Source: an uncultured bacterium
GTDB lineage: Bacteria > Babelota > Babeliae > Babelales > Vermiphilaceae
Direction: 5' to 3'
DNA length: 64,000 nucleotides
Assembly (NCBI GenBank): GCA_963727255.1
Contig: CAVSFC010000001.1
Location: 1-64,000, forward strand
A program made the translations under genes and the position numbers. The notes under the pieces were generated by a model. It had not been told where the DNA came from and made no database searches. It saw only the letters and a program-made list of their open reading frames with translations. Shown here piece after piece: positions 1 to 9,495 of this stretch (position 1 is the first letter of the stretch; each line of letters opens with the position of its first letter).

Positions 1-72
1 GCCCGCGACCGGGATTGAACCGGTGACCTCTCCCTTACCAAGGAAGTGCTCTACCAACTGAGCTACGTGGGC
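1..72 (-). tRNA. tRNA-Thr(GGT); 3' end at window edge
   Basis: Reverse complement GCCCACGTAGCTCAGTTGGTAGAGC...CTT-GGT-AA...GGTTCAATCCC...GCGGGC folds as a cloverleaf. Confidence 0.95.
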
Positions 73-106
73 GAAATTACATCTTCTTCTTTTAACTTTA
101 TCCTAA

Positions 107-135
107 AGGATAGAGTAAAAAACTTGAAATGACAA
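107..135 (-). promoter_or_regulatory. Putative sigma70 promoter upstream of tRNA-Thr(GGT)
   Basis: Minus strand TTGTCA-17 nt-TATCCT. Confidence 0.4.
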
Positions 136-319
136 CTTATTTTATCATAGAAATTAACATTTTTCTCTTTTTTTGAGCATTTGAGTCCGGCCTTTGCTTT
201 TGCTTCGAAGTAAAACTCAAGGTAGCTTTAAGCTACGGCGGATTTAAAATGTATTTCATCAAAAAACTGGCAGCGCCATTCGTAGTTTGTCAAGCCCTAA
301 GGCCTGGATAAGCGTAGAA

Positions 320-395
320 TGGAGCTGGCGACTGGACTTGAACCAGTGACCTGCTGATTACAAATCAGCTGCTCTACCAACTGAGCTACGCCAGC
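320..395 (-). tRNA. tRNA-Thr(TGT)
   Basis: Reverse complement GCTGGCGTAGCTCAGTTGGTAGAGC...ATT-TGT-AA...GGTTCAAGTCC...CCAGCTCCA; CCA encoded. Confidence 0.95.
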
Positions 396-479
396 AATTT
401 TGGAGCGATTATCTGCCCAGCGCTATTAATATCAAAATTTATCTATCTTCAGGCCAGCCTTTTAAAAGACTGGCGCTAG

Positions 480-566
480 CCAGGCCCTTCGACTCGCAAT
501 GCTCGCTCAGGATAAACTCCGTTTGGGCGACTGCGTCCGCCATAGCCTTAGGCGACGGCGGAAGCC
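480..566. repeat. Cluster of REP-like palindromic elements
   Basis: CCCTTCGACTCGC...GCTCAGGATAAACT (485-518) and CGTCCGCCATAGCCTTAGGCGACGGCGGA (534-562); the latter recurs at 906-933. Confidence 0.7.
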
Positions 567-642
567 TGGAGCGGGAAACGGGATTCGAACCCGTAACCTA
601 CAGCTTGGAAGGCTGCCACTCTACCAATTGAGCTATTCCCGC
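567..642 (-). tRNA. tRNA-Gly(TCC)
   Basis: Reverse complement GCGGGAATAGCTCAATTGGTAGAGT...CCT-TCC-AA...GGTTCGAATCCC...CCGCTCCA. Confidence 0.95.
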
Positions 643-660
643 CTACGCTATTTTTTATTG

Positions 661-711
661 CCGCTCATTCTGAGGAGCACCAAAGGTGCGTCTCGAAGGA
701 CGGCGGACAGG
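661..711. repeat. REP-like palindromic element
   Basis: Reverse complement of 661-701, GTCCTTCGAGACGCACCTTTGGTGCTCCTCAGAATGAGCGG, matches the outer element inside the GNAT gene at 39421-39498; followed by GGCGGACAGG. Confidence 0.7.
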
Positions 712-845
712 CCCGCTTTTTAAAGGTTAATGTTTAAAAAACAGCTTGTCGCAGTAGCACGCTTAAATATATTTCAAATTTTTAGAATCAGGGTTTTATA
801 AATATGTATCTGAAAACTTATTTGTCAAATCATTTAAAATAATGG

Positions 846-938
846 CCCGCCATTCATAGCTTGCCTCTACTTCGCTCTTCGAGCTACGCAGCAAACGAGG
901 CGCTCCGTCCGCCATAGCCTTTGCGACGGCGGATAGAA
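846..938. repeat. Cluster of REP-like palindromic elements
   Basis: CCCGCCATTCATAGC arm, CTTCGCTCTTCGAGCTACG core and CGTCCGCCATAGCCTTTGCGACGGCGGA (906-933). Confidence 0.65.
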
Positions 939-1020
939 TGGCGAGAGTAGGATTCGAACCTACGAAGGCAGAGCCAACGGATTTACAGTCCGTCCCCTTT
1001 GACCGCTCGGGAATCTCGCC
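939..1020 (-). tRNA. tRNA-Tyr(GTA)
   Basis: Reverse complement GGCGAGATTCCCGAGCGGTCAAAGGGGACGGACT-GTA-AATCCG...GGTTCGAATCCTACTCTCGCCA, with extended variable arm. Confidence 0.95.
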
Positions 1021-1049
1021 AGAATTTCAAAATAGAACCAATGCTGAAT

Positions 1050-1078
1050 ATAATAGAGGCTTTTGGGCGAGATTTCAA
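1050..1078 (-). promoter_or_regulatory. Putative sigma70 promoter of tRNA operon
   Basis: Minus strand TTGAAA-17 nt-TATTAT about 30 nt upstream of tRNA-Tyr. Confidence 0.5.
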
Positions 1079-1102
1079 CTGAAATTTACGCATTCAAGAA
1101 AT

Positions 1103-1306
1103 TTATCGCGTTTCTTCTTTGAGAATATCTTTTACCTCAGCCACACAACTATTGCAACCGGTGCCCACTAAAAGTATATCTTGCAGCTTTTGATAGGAGT
1201 CGGCCCCTTCCTTGATTGTTTGAACAATATCGGAATACATTACTCCCAAACAGGTGCACACAAGGTAATCAGGGCGTTGCAATAACGGGCTTTTTTGATT
1301 ATTCAT
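1103..1306 (-). CDS. BFD-like [2Fe-2S]-binding protein
   Basis: VCTCLGV...GTGCNSC motif in 67 aa. Confidence 0.8.
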   Translation of the reverse strand: MNNQKSPLLQRPDYLVCTCLGVMYSDIVQTIKEGADSYQKLQDILLVGTGCNSCVAEVKDILKEETR

Positions 1307-1310
1307 TATT

Positions 1311-1739
1311 TTAAGTACCTCGAAGTACTATTTTCCGCTTATTATCACTATAGTCAAGTTCACAATTGCAGACTTTGTCTTTAAGCAAGGGCATAATCAC
1401 CGCCGGCCATTCAATTAAAGCCCAACTATTGGGCGCATAGAGATACTCATCAAAGCCGGCCGCTTGAAAATTACTCAGCGAATCGATCCGATATAAATCA
1501 AAATGATAAAACAACTGATCGCGATCATTTTCATATACATTCAAATAAGTAAAGGTCGGGCTTGTCACGGGTTGATTAATCCCACATTCTTTCAATAGAG
1601 CTTGAATTAGGGTCGTCTTTCCGGCTCCTAAGGGCCCGGTGAAAGTAAAAATTTGGTAGCGATCCATAAGCGCAACCAATTGCCGCGCGATACTCTTCAC
1701 TTCTGTTTCATCATATATATAGGTTTTTTCCATACTCAT
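1311..1739 (-). CDS. tsaE: tRNA t6A biosynthesis ATPase TsaE
   Basis: GPLGAGKTT, SPTF, HFDLYR, IEW motifs. Confidence 0.95.
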   Translation of the reverse strand: MSMEKTYIYDETEVKSIARQLVALMDRYQIFTFTGPLGAGKTTLIQALLKECGINQPVTSPTFTYLNVYENDRDQLFYHFDLYRIDSLSNFQAAGFDEYLYAPNSWALIEWPAVIMPLLKDKVCNCELDYSDNKRKIVLRGT

Positions 1740-1746
1740 ACCCGAT

Positions 1747-2307
1747 TTATAACTTCTTTAACTTCTGCAAATATGCCCGCTCTTTTTTGGAAGGAGTTTG
1801 CCCCTTGGACCGCCTTTCTTGCCCATCCTCCGTATCACCTTTATAGATTGACTGCGTATCCTTGCGCATCAGCTCATCAACGAGGGGGTTCTCCTCCGCG
1901 CTCGTTTTGTGCAAGGTCCCTTTAACCGGTTTTTCTTTATGCGCAAGCTCTTGCTTTACGAGCATATAAAATTCAAGAGAATCCATTACCATCGTGCTCG
2001 CTTTAGCGGCAGCTTTTAGCTCATTATCGGAAGTAACCAGCAAAACCTGCGGTTTTTGAAGTAATGCTTTTTTAATCAGATCATCAGCGCTCTGCTTGAT
2101 CCCTGAATAGGCCACCAGAATTCCGTGATCTTTTTCTTGCGATGGCCATACATCCGGGCCTCCATCAAAAACCACCACGATATGATGATTCTTCTTTTGC
2201 CCATACTTGCCAAGCATATTAATAAAAGCTCTTCGCTGACTATCAGAGATCATTTTACTTGCAAGCGCCTGCTTTAAAACATTATATCCATCAACAATAA
2301 TATGCAT
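1747..2307 (-). CDS. NYN-domain (YacP/Rae1-like) ribonuclease
   Basis: IIVDGYN, VVFDG, SADDLI, VTSD motifs. Start moved to MHIIVDG because the upstream ATG (2322) lies at the edge of a repeat. Confidence 0.85.
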   Translation of the reverse strand: MHIIVDGYNVLKQALASKMISDSQRRAFINMLGKYGQKKNHHIVVVFDGGPDVWPSQEKDHGILVAYSGIKQSADDLIKKALLQKPQVLLVTSDNELKAAAKASTMVMDSLEFYMLVKQELAHKEKPVKGTLHKTSAEENPLVDELMRKDTQSIYKGDTEDGQERRSKGQTPSKKERAYLQKLKKL

Positions 2308-2319
2308 TATTTCCTCTTT

Positions 2320-2407
2320 CATCCTCAGCCTCCGCTAAAGCTTCGGCGGGCAAGCTGAGTTAAACGTACCTGTCCTTCGAAGCCTTGACGTAGAAGGATC
2401 GAAGGAT
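2320..2407. repeat. Nested REP-like palindromic elements
   Basis: Outer CATCCT..GAG...TCGAAGGA interrupted by CCTCCGCTAAAGCTTCGGCGGG and CCTGTCCTTCGAAGCCTTGACGTAGAAGGA. Confidence 0.6.
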
Positions 2408-2488
2408 CCCGTTTTATTCATTGCAAATGATTGTAATCAGTATTACATTTAAAAAAAACTTATAACACTATGATATACGGAAAAGCAA

Positions 2489-3352
2489 ATGTCATTGCTT
2501 ATTCAACTGCGATATCGGATTCGCGCGATAGAAACTATAAAAAAGATTACGCATGCCATGCGGTTAATCTCGATGTCAGCGCGCAGTAGGCTCAAAAGTA
2601 AAGAAGATCCTTTGCGCGAATACATGAAAAATTCTGCACAACTTTTAAATCGCATTAAAGCGCATGCGCTAGATTGGCAAAACCCGGTAATTAATCCCGG
2701 AGAAAATGCTCCGCATAATCCACTCATAATTCTTATCGGTTCTCAGCGTGGCCTCTGTGGTAACTTTAATACAACCCTTTTCCATTTTTTCGAATCGGAA
2801 ATTATTAAAAAACCGCATAAAAAAGGGGGAGTTGTTCAAATAATTCCGGTCGGTAAAAAAGCAATAAACTATATTGATGAGAATCCAAATTATAGCATCA
2901 TAACGAGCTTTCCAGAATTAACCGCTAAAACACTCAACACAATTTCCCATGAAATTTTAGAACTCCTTTTGCACCATGATCCAAAATTTACCAATGTTGT
3001 GATATTTAGTAACGAACTCAAAACTTTTTTTGTGCAAAAGCCTCATGAAACAGTGCTGGTTCCTTTTACTAACGAACAAGAAAAAACTGCTGAACCACTA
3101 AGCAAAGATGAATACTTGTGGGAACAATCGCCCAAAGATCTGCTTGATCAACTTGCCTATCAAACACTCGAAGTGCAACTCCATTATCTGTTATTTGAAT
3201 CCTTGCTTGCAGAACACGCAGCCCGCTTTATCTCAATGGACAATGCAACACGCAATGCACAATCTTTATTGGAAGAAACACAATTACAATATAATAAATT
3301 GCGCCAAGCAAAAATTACCAAAGAGCTTACTGAATTGGTAAGCAACATTTAA
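2489..3352 (+). CDS. atpG: F0F1 ATP synthase gamma subunit
   Basis: KKITHAMRLIS, RGLCGNFN, EHAARFISMDNATRNA, YNKLRQAKITKELTE. Confidence 0.95.
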   Translation: MSLLIQLRYRIRAIETIKKITHAMRLISMSARSRLKSKEDPLREYMKNSAQLLNRIKAHALDWQNPVINPGENAPHNPLIILIGSQRGLCGNFNTTLFHFFESEIIKKPHKKGGVVQIIPVGKKAINYIDENPNYSIITSFPELTAKTLNTISHEILELLLHHDPKFTNVVIFSNELKTFFVQKPHETVLVPFTNEQEKTAEPLSKDEYLWEQSPKDLLDQLAYQTLEVQLHYLLFESLLAEHAARFISMDNATRNAQSLLEETQLQYNKLRQAKITKELTELVSNI

Positions 3353-3402
3353 TCACATAGGATTTATTGTGATAACACCCAATGCTATCGAAGAAGTAAA
3401 AA

Positions 3403-3514
3403 AAAGATCTTATGGTTTATACGAAAGATGAAGTAGACAAACTTGCAGCTGATCCAACAACACTTGTTCATAAAATCCTTTAAAGAGGGGAAGTTGATTT
3501 TTAAGACCATTTAA
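3403..3514 (+). pseudogene. Remnant of minimal nucleotidyltransferase (MNT) C-terminus
   Basis: Reads KDLMVYTKDEVDKLAADPTTLVHKIL then, after a 1-nt frameshift, KEGKLIFKTI*; resembles an MNT C-terminus; no 5' half visible. Confidence 0.5.
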
Positions 3515-3520
3515 TCTTAG

Positions 3521-4423
3521 GTGAGACAATTGAATTTACCACAAATATTTATAGAAAACATACTAAGAATATGGGGCGATCAAGGGTCTGCATGGCTCAA
3601 AGAATTGCCTGATCTTATAAAATTTTTTTCTATCCAATGGCAACTAAATGACATAAAACCATTTGATAATCTCAGCTTCAATTACGTAGCACGTGCTTAT
3701 AGCAATTACTATAACCAACCAGTAGTGCTAAAAATCGGCGCTCCTTGCCCGCAATTCATCAATGAAGCACGGGCGCTTGAATTCTACGGCGGAAATGGAT
3801 GCGTAAAACTTCTTGCGTATGACTCACATAAACTTGGGATGCTCTTGGCCCTTATCCAACCAGGCACCACTCTGCGATCATTCTTTCCCGTAAGAGATGA
3901 CATTGCAATTGAATATGCATGCCGGGTAATGAAAAAACTTCATGCTCGTCCTGTTGATTCAAAATCAGATTTTCCAACCATGGATCAATGGCTTTCTCTC
4001 TTTGATACATTAGAAGTTCCTGAGAAACTTAAAAAGCACACAGCAAAAGCTCGGCAGCTTGCGCATGAATTAAAAATGGGCGCACAAAAGCAGCATCTAC
4101 TTCATGGCGATCTGCATCATGACAATATTTTGCTTTCTGCATCTGATTCTGGCATTGCAATTGATCCTAAAGGCGTAATTGGCGAACAAGCTTATGAAGT
4201 TGGCGCTTTCATGTGCAACCCAGCGGAATTATCGGCACAACCTGATTATCCTGCAATTATTGCTCGCCGGTTAGATTTGTTTTCAAAATTATTATCGATT
4301 GATAGAAGCAGACTTGCAAAAGTTTGCTATATCCGCATAATTCTTTCAGCTTGTTGGACGGTACAAGATAAGGGCGATTGGCGGGATGATTTTCGTTTTG
4401 CAGAACAGATTATTAAACATTGA
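3521..4423 (+). CDS. APH(6)/streptomycin-6-kinase-like phosphotransferase
   Basis: VVLKI, LLHGDLHHDNIL, AIDPKG motifs. Confidence 0.85.
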   Translation: MRQLNLPQIFIENILRIWGDQGSAWLKELPDLIKFFSIQWQLNDIKPFDNLSFNYVARAYSNYYNQPVVLKIGAPCPQFINEARALEFYGGNGCVKLLAYDSHKLGMLLALIQPGTTLRSFFPVRDDIAIEYACRVMKKLHARPVDSKSDFPTMDQWLSLFDTLEVPEKLKKHTAKARQLAHELKMGAQKQHLLHGDLHHDNILLSASDSGIAIDPKGVIGEQAYEVGAFMCNPAELSAQPDYPAIIARRLDLFSKLLSIDRSRLAKVCYIRIILSACWTVQDKGDWRDDFRFAEQIIKH

Positions 4424-4640
4424 TTTTCCCAATCTAAAATTAATAATCTTCAACATGTAAAACGAAAAAATAAGGAAAACAATGTTTAAATCGATAGCGT
4501 TTGTGAGCATAGCTTCTCTTCTTGGTGGCCTTTGGTATGCATCGCCTATTTTCAAACCATTTCCAGAACCAACCGGCCCCTATTCTGTTGGAACCACCCT
4601 TATGGAATTCAACGATGCAGCACGCAAAGAATCCTATTCA

Positions 4641-5635
4641 ACGTGAACTCGATCTAAGATTCGTAAAATTCTAACAAAAAAAATATCCTTTTAATTGGAC
4701 CTCAAAAACCCAAAAAAAAGGATACGTAGCAATGCTACTAGTTAAAATTTTCTGTGAAACTGATGATTTTTGCAAGTTATTTCTACAACAATTTCAAAAA
4801 ACCTTTCTAACTGATGGTAAGAAATTACGAAATCGTCCATTCATTATGAATCCTAGCGAAATCATGACAATTACGATCTACTTTCACTTTTCCGGATATA
4901 AAACCTTCAAAGATTATTACGAAAAATATGTGTTAGTGTATTTAAAATCAGAATTTCCAAACTTGGTAAGCTATAATCGGTTCTTAGAACTTCGAAAAAA
5001 TATTGCTATGCCATTGGCTATATTTGCTCAACTACAAGCGCAATTGGTGAAATGCTCTGGAGTATCTTTTATCGATAGTTTTTGCCTTGAAGTAAGTCAT
5101 CAACGCAGGATACATTCGCATAAAGTTTTTAAGGGAATTGCACAGAGAGGAAAAACAAGCGTAGGTTGGTTTTATGGCTTTAAATTGCACATTATTATTA
5201 ATCATGTTGGTGAAATAATTTCATTTTACATTACGCCGGGAAATATCTCTGATAACAATGAAAAAGTGCTTGATAAACTTACTCGAAAACTATTTGGAAA
5301 ATTATATGGGGACAGGGGCTATATAGTTAGGCCTGAAATCTTCGAAAAGCTTTATCTGAAAGGAGTTCATCTCGTTACAAAGTTAAGAAAGAATATGAAG
5401 AATAAGCTGATGTCGCTTGAAGATAAAATAGGGCTAAAAAAACGCGGAGCTATTGAGTCAGTTGGGGCAATTTTAAAAGAAGATTTGTTATTAGAGCATT
5501 CTCGTCACAGAAGTGTTTTTGGCTTCATGACGCACGTTGTTTCTACTCTTGTAGCTTATTCTTTTCGCGACAAAAAGCCTCAAATAGCGACAACTGGAAA
5601 AGCAATTGCTAAAATTTGTTAGATCGAGTTCACGT
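4641..5635 (+). mobile_element. IS982-family insertion sequence, copy 1 (995 bp)
   Basis: 17-bp terminal IR ACGTGAACTCGATCTAA; 6-bp TSD TATTCA (4635-4640 / 5636-5641). Confidence 0.95.
4732..5622 (+). CDS. IS982-family DDE transposase
   Basis: SYNRF, FIDS, GWFYGFKLH, LYGDRGY, IES, EHSRHRS motifs. Confidence 0.95.
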   Translation: MLLVKIFCETDDFCKLFLQQFQKTFLTDGKKLRNRPFIMNPSEIMTITIYFHFSGYKTFKDYYEKYVLVYLKSEFPNLVSYNRFLELRKNIAMPLAIFAQLQAQLVKCSGVSFIDSFCLEVSHQRRIHSHKVFKGIAQRGKTSVGWFYGFKLHIIINHVGEIISFYITPGNISDNNEKVLDKLTRKLFGKLYGDRGYIVRPEIFEKLYLKGVHLVTKLRKNMKNKLMSLEDKIGLKKRGAIESVGAILKEDLLLEHSRHRSVFGFMTHVVSTLVAYSFRDKKPQIATTGKAIAKIC

Positions 5636-6644
5636 TATTCAGAAAATCCTGATGAAACTCGTTCACTAGTAGTCAGATTCTTCTACCCAGCTCAAAGAAC
5701 TGAAAATCTTGAAAAATATTCGTATCTTGGCAAAAAAATGCCGTATTTTCAGCAGCATATTACATCGCAATATCATCTTACCAATGCAACAAGCAAATTA
5801 TTATTCCGAAATATAGAAACTCATTCATTTACTAATGCACCCATTGCAGCAGAACAACAATCATACCCAGTAATTCTTTTCTCGCACGGCTTATTAGGTT
5901 ATCCAACCGATACTTCTATCACGATTTTGGAAAATCTGGCGAGCCATGGCTATATTGTTGCTGGTATTGATCATCCATACTTTAATGGACTCACGTTGTA
6001 TGCGAATGGCAAAGTTGTAACCGAGAAAAAACTCAGCAATTCATTCAATAAGATGTCCCAAGCAGAACAGAAAAAATTCCTGAGCGAAGCAATAGAAATA
6101 TATAAAGCTGATATGAAATTTCTCATTGACGAATTTGCGAAGCTCAATGAAAATCAAAACAGCATTTTTTATCATCACATTGATCTTGATCGCATCGCAG
6201 CAATGGGCCATTCTGCCGGCGGCACTGCATCAATAGAATTTTGCCGGTCTGATAATCGTTGCAAAGCAGCAATTGATCTTGATGGGTGGTATGATCATAT
6301 AATCGGACAAGAACCAATCAATAAACCATTGCTTTTAGTATTCGCGGAAAAAAGTATTGAAGTTACTGAACCAACACCTGAATATTTAAAACGCAAAGAA
6401 TTAACGCGTGAGCAATATTATGAACGCGAGAAAAATATCAAAGAACATAAAGAAAGGTTATGCTCAGTGCCAACATGCTCAATGATTATTATTCCAAGTG
6501 CTACTCATGGCGATTTTGATGATTTAATGTTTTTAAAATGGCCATTGCGATCATGGAGTGCAGCTGAGCCATATAAAACAATAGCAATAATCAATGAACA
6601 TAATATCAAATTTTTAGATCGTTATTTGAAATAAAGAATTATGT

Positions 6645-7373
6645 ATGAAAAAATCGATCTACCCACTATTTCTTATATATTGTTTGGCATTACATGGAAT
6701 TGAAAATCCTAATGCAACATTATTACTTAAAACTGCGCTCGAAGAACACCTTACCATTGAACTTGATGATGCGAGTATTGCAAAAGAATTGGCAACCATT
6801 CTGGTCGAAAATATTTTGAAATGGAAAGCGCCTACTATTGCTCCTGAACAGATAACTTCTATTGCTGCCTATGCATTTGGCAATCGAATTCTTCCCAATT
6901 GTAATCGTCTGCCTGGACCAATGAATGAAGCATTAGCGGATCTTGTTGTGAAGTTACATAAAAAAACAAATGCGCCCGTGTATGCGCAATGGGAAATTGC
7001 AGAGGCTATTGGCAATCGCATTGCATCTGAAAAATTAACCGTTATTAATCCAGCACTTGATGCCCAGACAAATGTTGTCTATTTAAGTACCGCTGGCGTT
7101 GCATCGGCAATACTCAAACATGTTGGCGATTCTCAAAAGCTTGGCAAAGTTGCCGTCATCGCTTTTAATGATCATCTGTATCGATGTATCAAAGTATCCC
7201 GTGATGCAGGTATGGATGCCTATGCACCTGAAGGATACACAATGCCAAATGATTATGATGCCCAATCCGGCCAACCATGGACCCGTAATCGCCTCGCGTA
7301 TCTAGTAATGGATATAAGAGCACGGATAACTAATCATTCAGAGAAATTGATTCTGCCACACCAATCTTCTTGA
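6645..7373 (+). CDS. Secreted hypothetical protein
   Basis: 242-aa ORF with N-terminal signal peptide; AFGNR, QWEIA, SGQPWTR look like conserved motifs but family not identified. Confidence 0.7.
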   Translation: MKKSIYPLFLIYCLALHGIENPNATLLLKTALEEHLTIELDDASIAKELATILVENILKWKAPTIAPEQITSIAAYAFGNRILPNCNRLPGPMNEALADLVVKLHKKTNAPVYAQWEIAEAIGNRIASEKLTVINPALDAQTNVVYLSTAGVASAILKHVGDSQKLGKVAVIAFNDHLYRCIKVSRDAGMDAYAPEGYTMPNDYDAQSGQPWTRNRLAYLVMDIRARITNHSEKLILPHQSS

Positions 7374-8622
7374 ATTGATTGCATGAAATAGTAAGCAAAT
7401 TGATCCATTGGGTTTCTTGAGCAAAAACCGTTTTATAATATGAATCATCGATAACGCTAAATGGCAGATATATTGCAAATCCATGCGCAAGACCTTGAGT
7501 AGTTTCCCCGCCGCAGCGAGCAACTACCAAGCATTGTGCTTTTTGGTAAAAATCTTGAAAAGCAGCTCGAATATCTGCAATTTCAGCTGATGCATCTTGT
7601 TTATCAATCTGTCTTTCAATCTGTTCAAAAAAGGCTACTAAATCGGTATACATAGGCCACATGCAAAACCGTGGGCTTGCCTTACATGCATTTATAATGA
7701 ACTGGGTGAATTCAGAATTTTTCAACAATAGCCCAATTATGGAATCCATTGCTTGAGTTACTTCATATACTCGAGACAAATCAAGCGCTGCATGAGTATA
7801 AATGCCCGATTTATCATTGCATGCATAGTACTTATCAAATGCTCTAACCATTCCATTTACTAACTTTCGAGGTTCTAAACTTTGATTAAGAAGTGGGATT
7901 ACGCCTTGATAATCAAAGCCATCAACCAATGAGCAACTTTGCGATCCCACCAAGTAATCAGCATACGGAGCAACTTGATATCCAACTTCAAGCATATCAC
8001 CCATGCACGTATCAAATGCGATAATATCAAGCTTCTTATGTAAAATATTTGCAGTAATATGATGCAAAACTTCTATGAGATCATTATTGTTCAAATAAGC
8101 GCGCCGATTCGCATTAAAGAGAAATCCTCTATGATTGAGATGTTCTTCTGCCCAATTTTCAACATATGAACGTTTGATCGCGCAAGAATGGCTTATGGCA
8201 TCATCTAAAACTTTCCATTCTTTGGTAGTCTCATCCCAGCGTGGATCTAAAATACCCCAGCCATGATTGGCAATAATAAGAAGATTGTGATCTGCATTGT
8301 TAATTGCAAAAGCCCAATTCGCTGCGGCAATAGAATCGTGCTTACTGTCCCCGGTTAATGGTACTTCTTCAAGAAAGATCAACCCTTTATCGGTAACCCG
8401 ATATCGCAATCCCGCAGATCCATATGCATGCATTTGAATCAGAAAATCGACGGTATCATTCGGCTTGCCCCGCATCATATCGGTGATATTTTTGATTGCC
8501 ATATCGCTTAAAGCATCGCTAGAATCGAGGTAGAAGAATACTTTCCAGCGAGCGATTGCAATTGATGGAATCAAACCAAAAAGGAAAATAAACCCATATA
8601 ACATGCATTTTTTAATAAGCAT
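7330..8622 (-). CDS. Clostripain-family (C11) cysteine peptidase, secreted
   Basis: LIIANHGWG and IAFDTCMG..MLEV catalytic His/Cys motifs, YLVGSQ. Confidence 0.85.
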   Translation of the reverse strand: MLIKKCMLYGFIFLFGLIPSIAIARWKVFFYLDSSDALSDMAIKNITDMMRGKPNDTVDFLIQMHAYGSAGLRYRVTDKGLIFLEEVPLTGDSKHDSIAAANWAFAINNADHNLLIIANHGWGILDPRWDETTKEWKVLDDAISHSCAIKRSYVENWAEEHLNHRGFLFNANRRAYLNNNDLIEVLHHITANILHKKLDIIAFDTCMGDMLEVGYQVAPYADYLVGSQSCSLVDGFDYQGVIPLLNQSLEPRKLVNGMVRAFDKYYACNDKSGIYTHAALDLSRVYEVTQAMDSIIGLLLKNSEFTQFIINACKASPRFCMWPMYTDLVAFFEQIERQIDKQDASAEIADIRAAFQDFYQKAQCLVVARCGGETTQGLAHGFAIYLPFSVIDDSYYKTVFAQETQWINLLTISCNQFKKIGVAESISLND

Positions 8623-8643
8623 TACTATCTCCTTTTCATATAG

Positions 8644-8850
8644 TTACTTTTCTATAAACTCCAAAAGCTCACCCGGCTGGCAATCCAATGCTTTACACAA
8701 AGCTGAAAGCGTGGAAAAACGAATCGCTTTCGCCTTATCATTTTTTAAAATAGAAAGATTTGCCTCGGTTATACCAACTTTCTCTGCAAGTTCATTCAAT
8801 CGCATTTTGCGCTTTGCCATCATTTCATCAAGTTTTACAATAATAAACAT
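8644..8850 (-). CDS. XRE/Cro HTH regulator (YozG-like)
   Basis: ELAEKVGITEANLSILKNDKAKAIRFSTL...LDCQPGELL. Confidence 0.9.
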   Translation of the reverse strand: MFIIVKLDEMMAKRKMRLNELAEKVGITEANLSILKNDKAKAIRFSTLSALCKALDCQPGELLEFIEK

Positions 8851-8852
8851 TT

Positions 8853-9401
8853 CTACACCACCAAATCTTGTTCTGATTTGATCTTATGGGCTTCTTGAAT
8901 TACATGTAAAGCCATAAAAAGAATTAAAACGATGAATAGATTTATTATATCGTTAAAATCTATTGCTACCATAATATACCGGTTGCCCGCAGATCGGAAT
9001 AAAGAAATTACTAAGCTTGCAATCGTATCAAAAAAAACTTGATAGAGAGTCCAAATAAGCATAATCAGATTAATTTTCTTTAATAGGCTGATCACTTCTT
9101 TAGAAAAAAACTGATGGTTTTTATATAATTCTAAAATTTTCAAAAAATACCATAACGCAAAAAGCAAACATACTGCTGAGACACTTTCAAGCAAGAAAAA
9201 TATACTTTTGCCCAAGAGCGGCAGTGCGCCTACATCATGATCGAGAATTGCAGAAGATGCTTGCATCCGATAATAGGCAAGGCAAAATTTGTTTGCATTA
9301 ATTTTGCCCCAGGAAAGTAATCGCATCATAATTATAAGCGGAACCATGAGATAAAGCGCAAATCGTTTAATCCATACTGCAAAATCAGAAATCTTATCCA
9401 T
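8853..9401 (-). CDS. DUF2975-like membrane protein
   Basis: Four hydrophobic segments, C-terminal EAHKIKSEQDLVV, adjacent to YozG-like HTH; GGAGA RBS before MDKIS. Confidence 0.8.
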   Translation of the reverse strand: MDKISDFAVWIKRFALYLMVPLIIMMRLLSWGKINANKFCLAYYRMQASSAILDHDVGALPLLGKSIFFLLESVSAVCLLFALWYFLKILELYKNHQFFSKEVISLLKKINLIMLIWTLYQVFFDTIASLVISLFRSAGNRYIMVAIDFNDIINLFIVLILFMALHVIQEAHKIKSEQDLVV

Positions 9402-9495
9402 TGTTTCTCCTAAAAAAATAATATATAATTTTAACACATCGAATAATAACAAATATTTATCGAAAATCAATATATTTTTTCTAGAGATTTGCACT

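Larger units (their letters stand above)
4482..6634 (+). pseudogene. PAF-acetylhydrolase-like alpha/beta hydrolase disrupted by IS982
   Basis: 4482-4640 encodes MFKS...PEPTGPYSVGTT...RKESYS; removing the IS and one TSD joins it in frame to ENPDETR... (FSHG, LASHGY, GHSAGG). Intact paralog at 41711-42991. Confidence 0.9.

Noticed and set aside
499..1171. ORFs 499-723 and 938-1171
   Set aside because: Antisense to tRNA genes and repeats; spurious.
5606..6634. Standalone 342-aa hydrolase starting within the IS end
   Set aside because: It is the 3' part of the gene starting at 4482; the TTG start lies inside the transposase end.
9436..9473. Operator for the YozG-like regulator (TTATCG-N5-CAATAT and a weaker copy 21 bp away)
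   Set aside because: Plausible but too degenerate in AT-rich DNA to support without comparative data.
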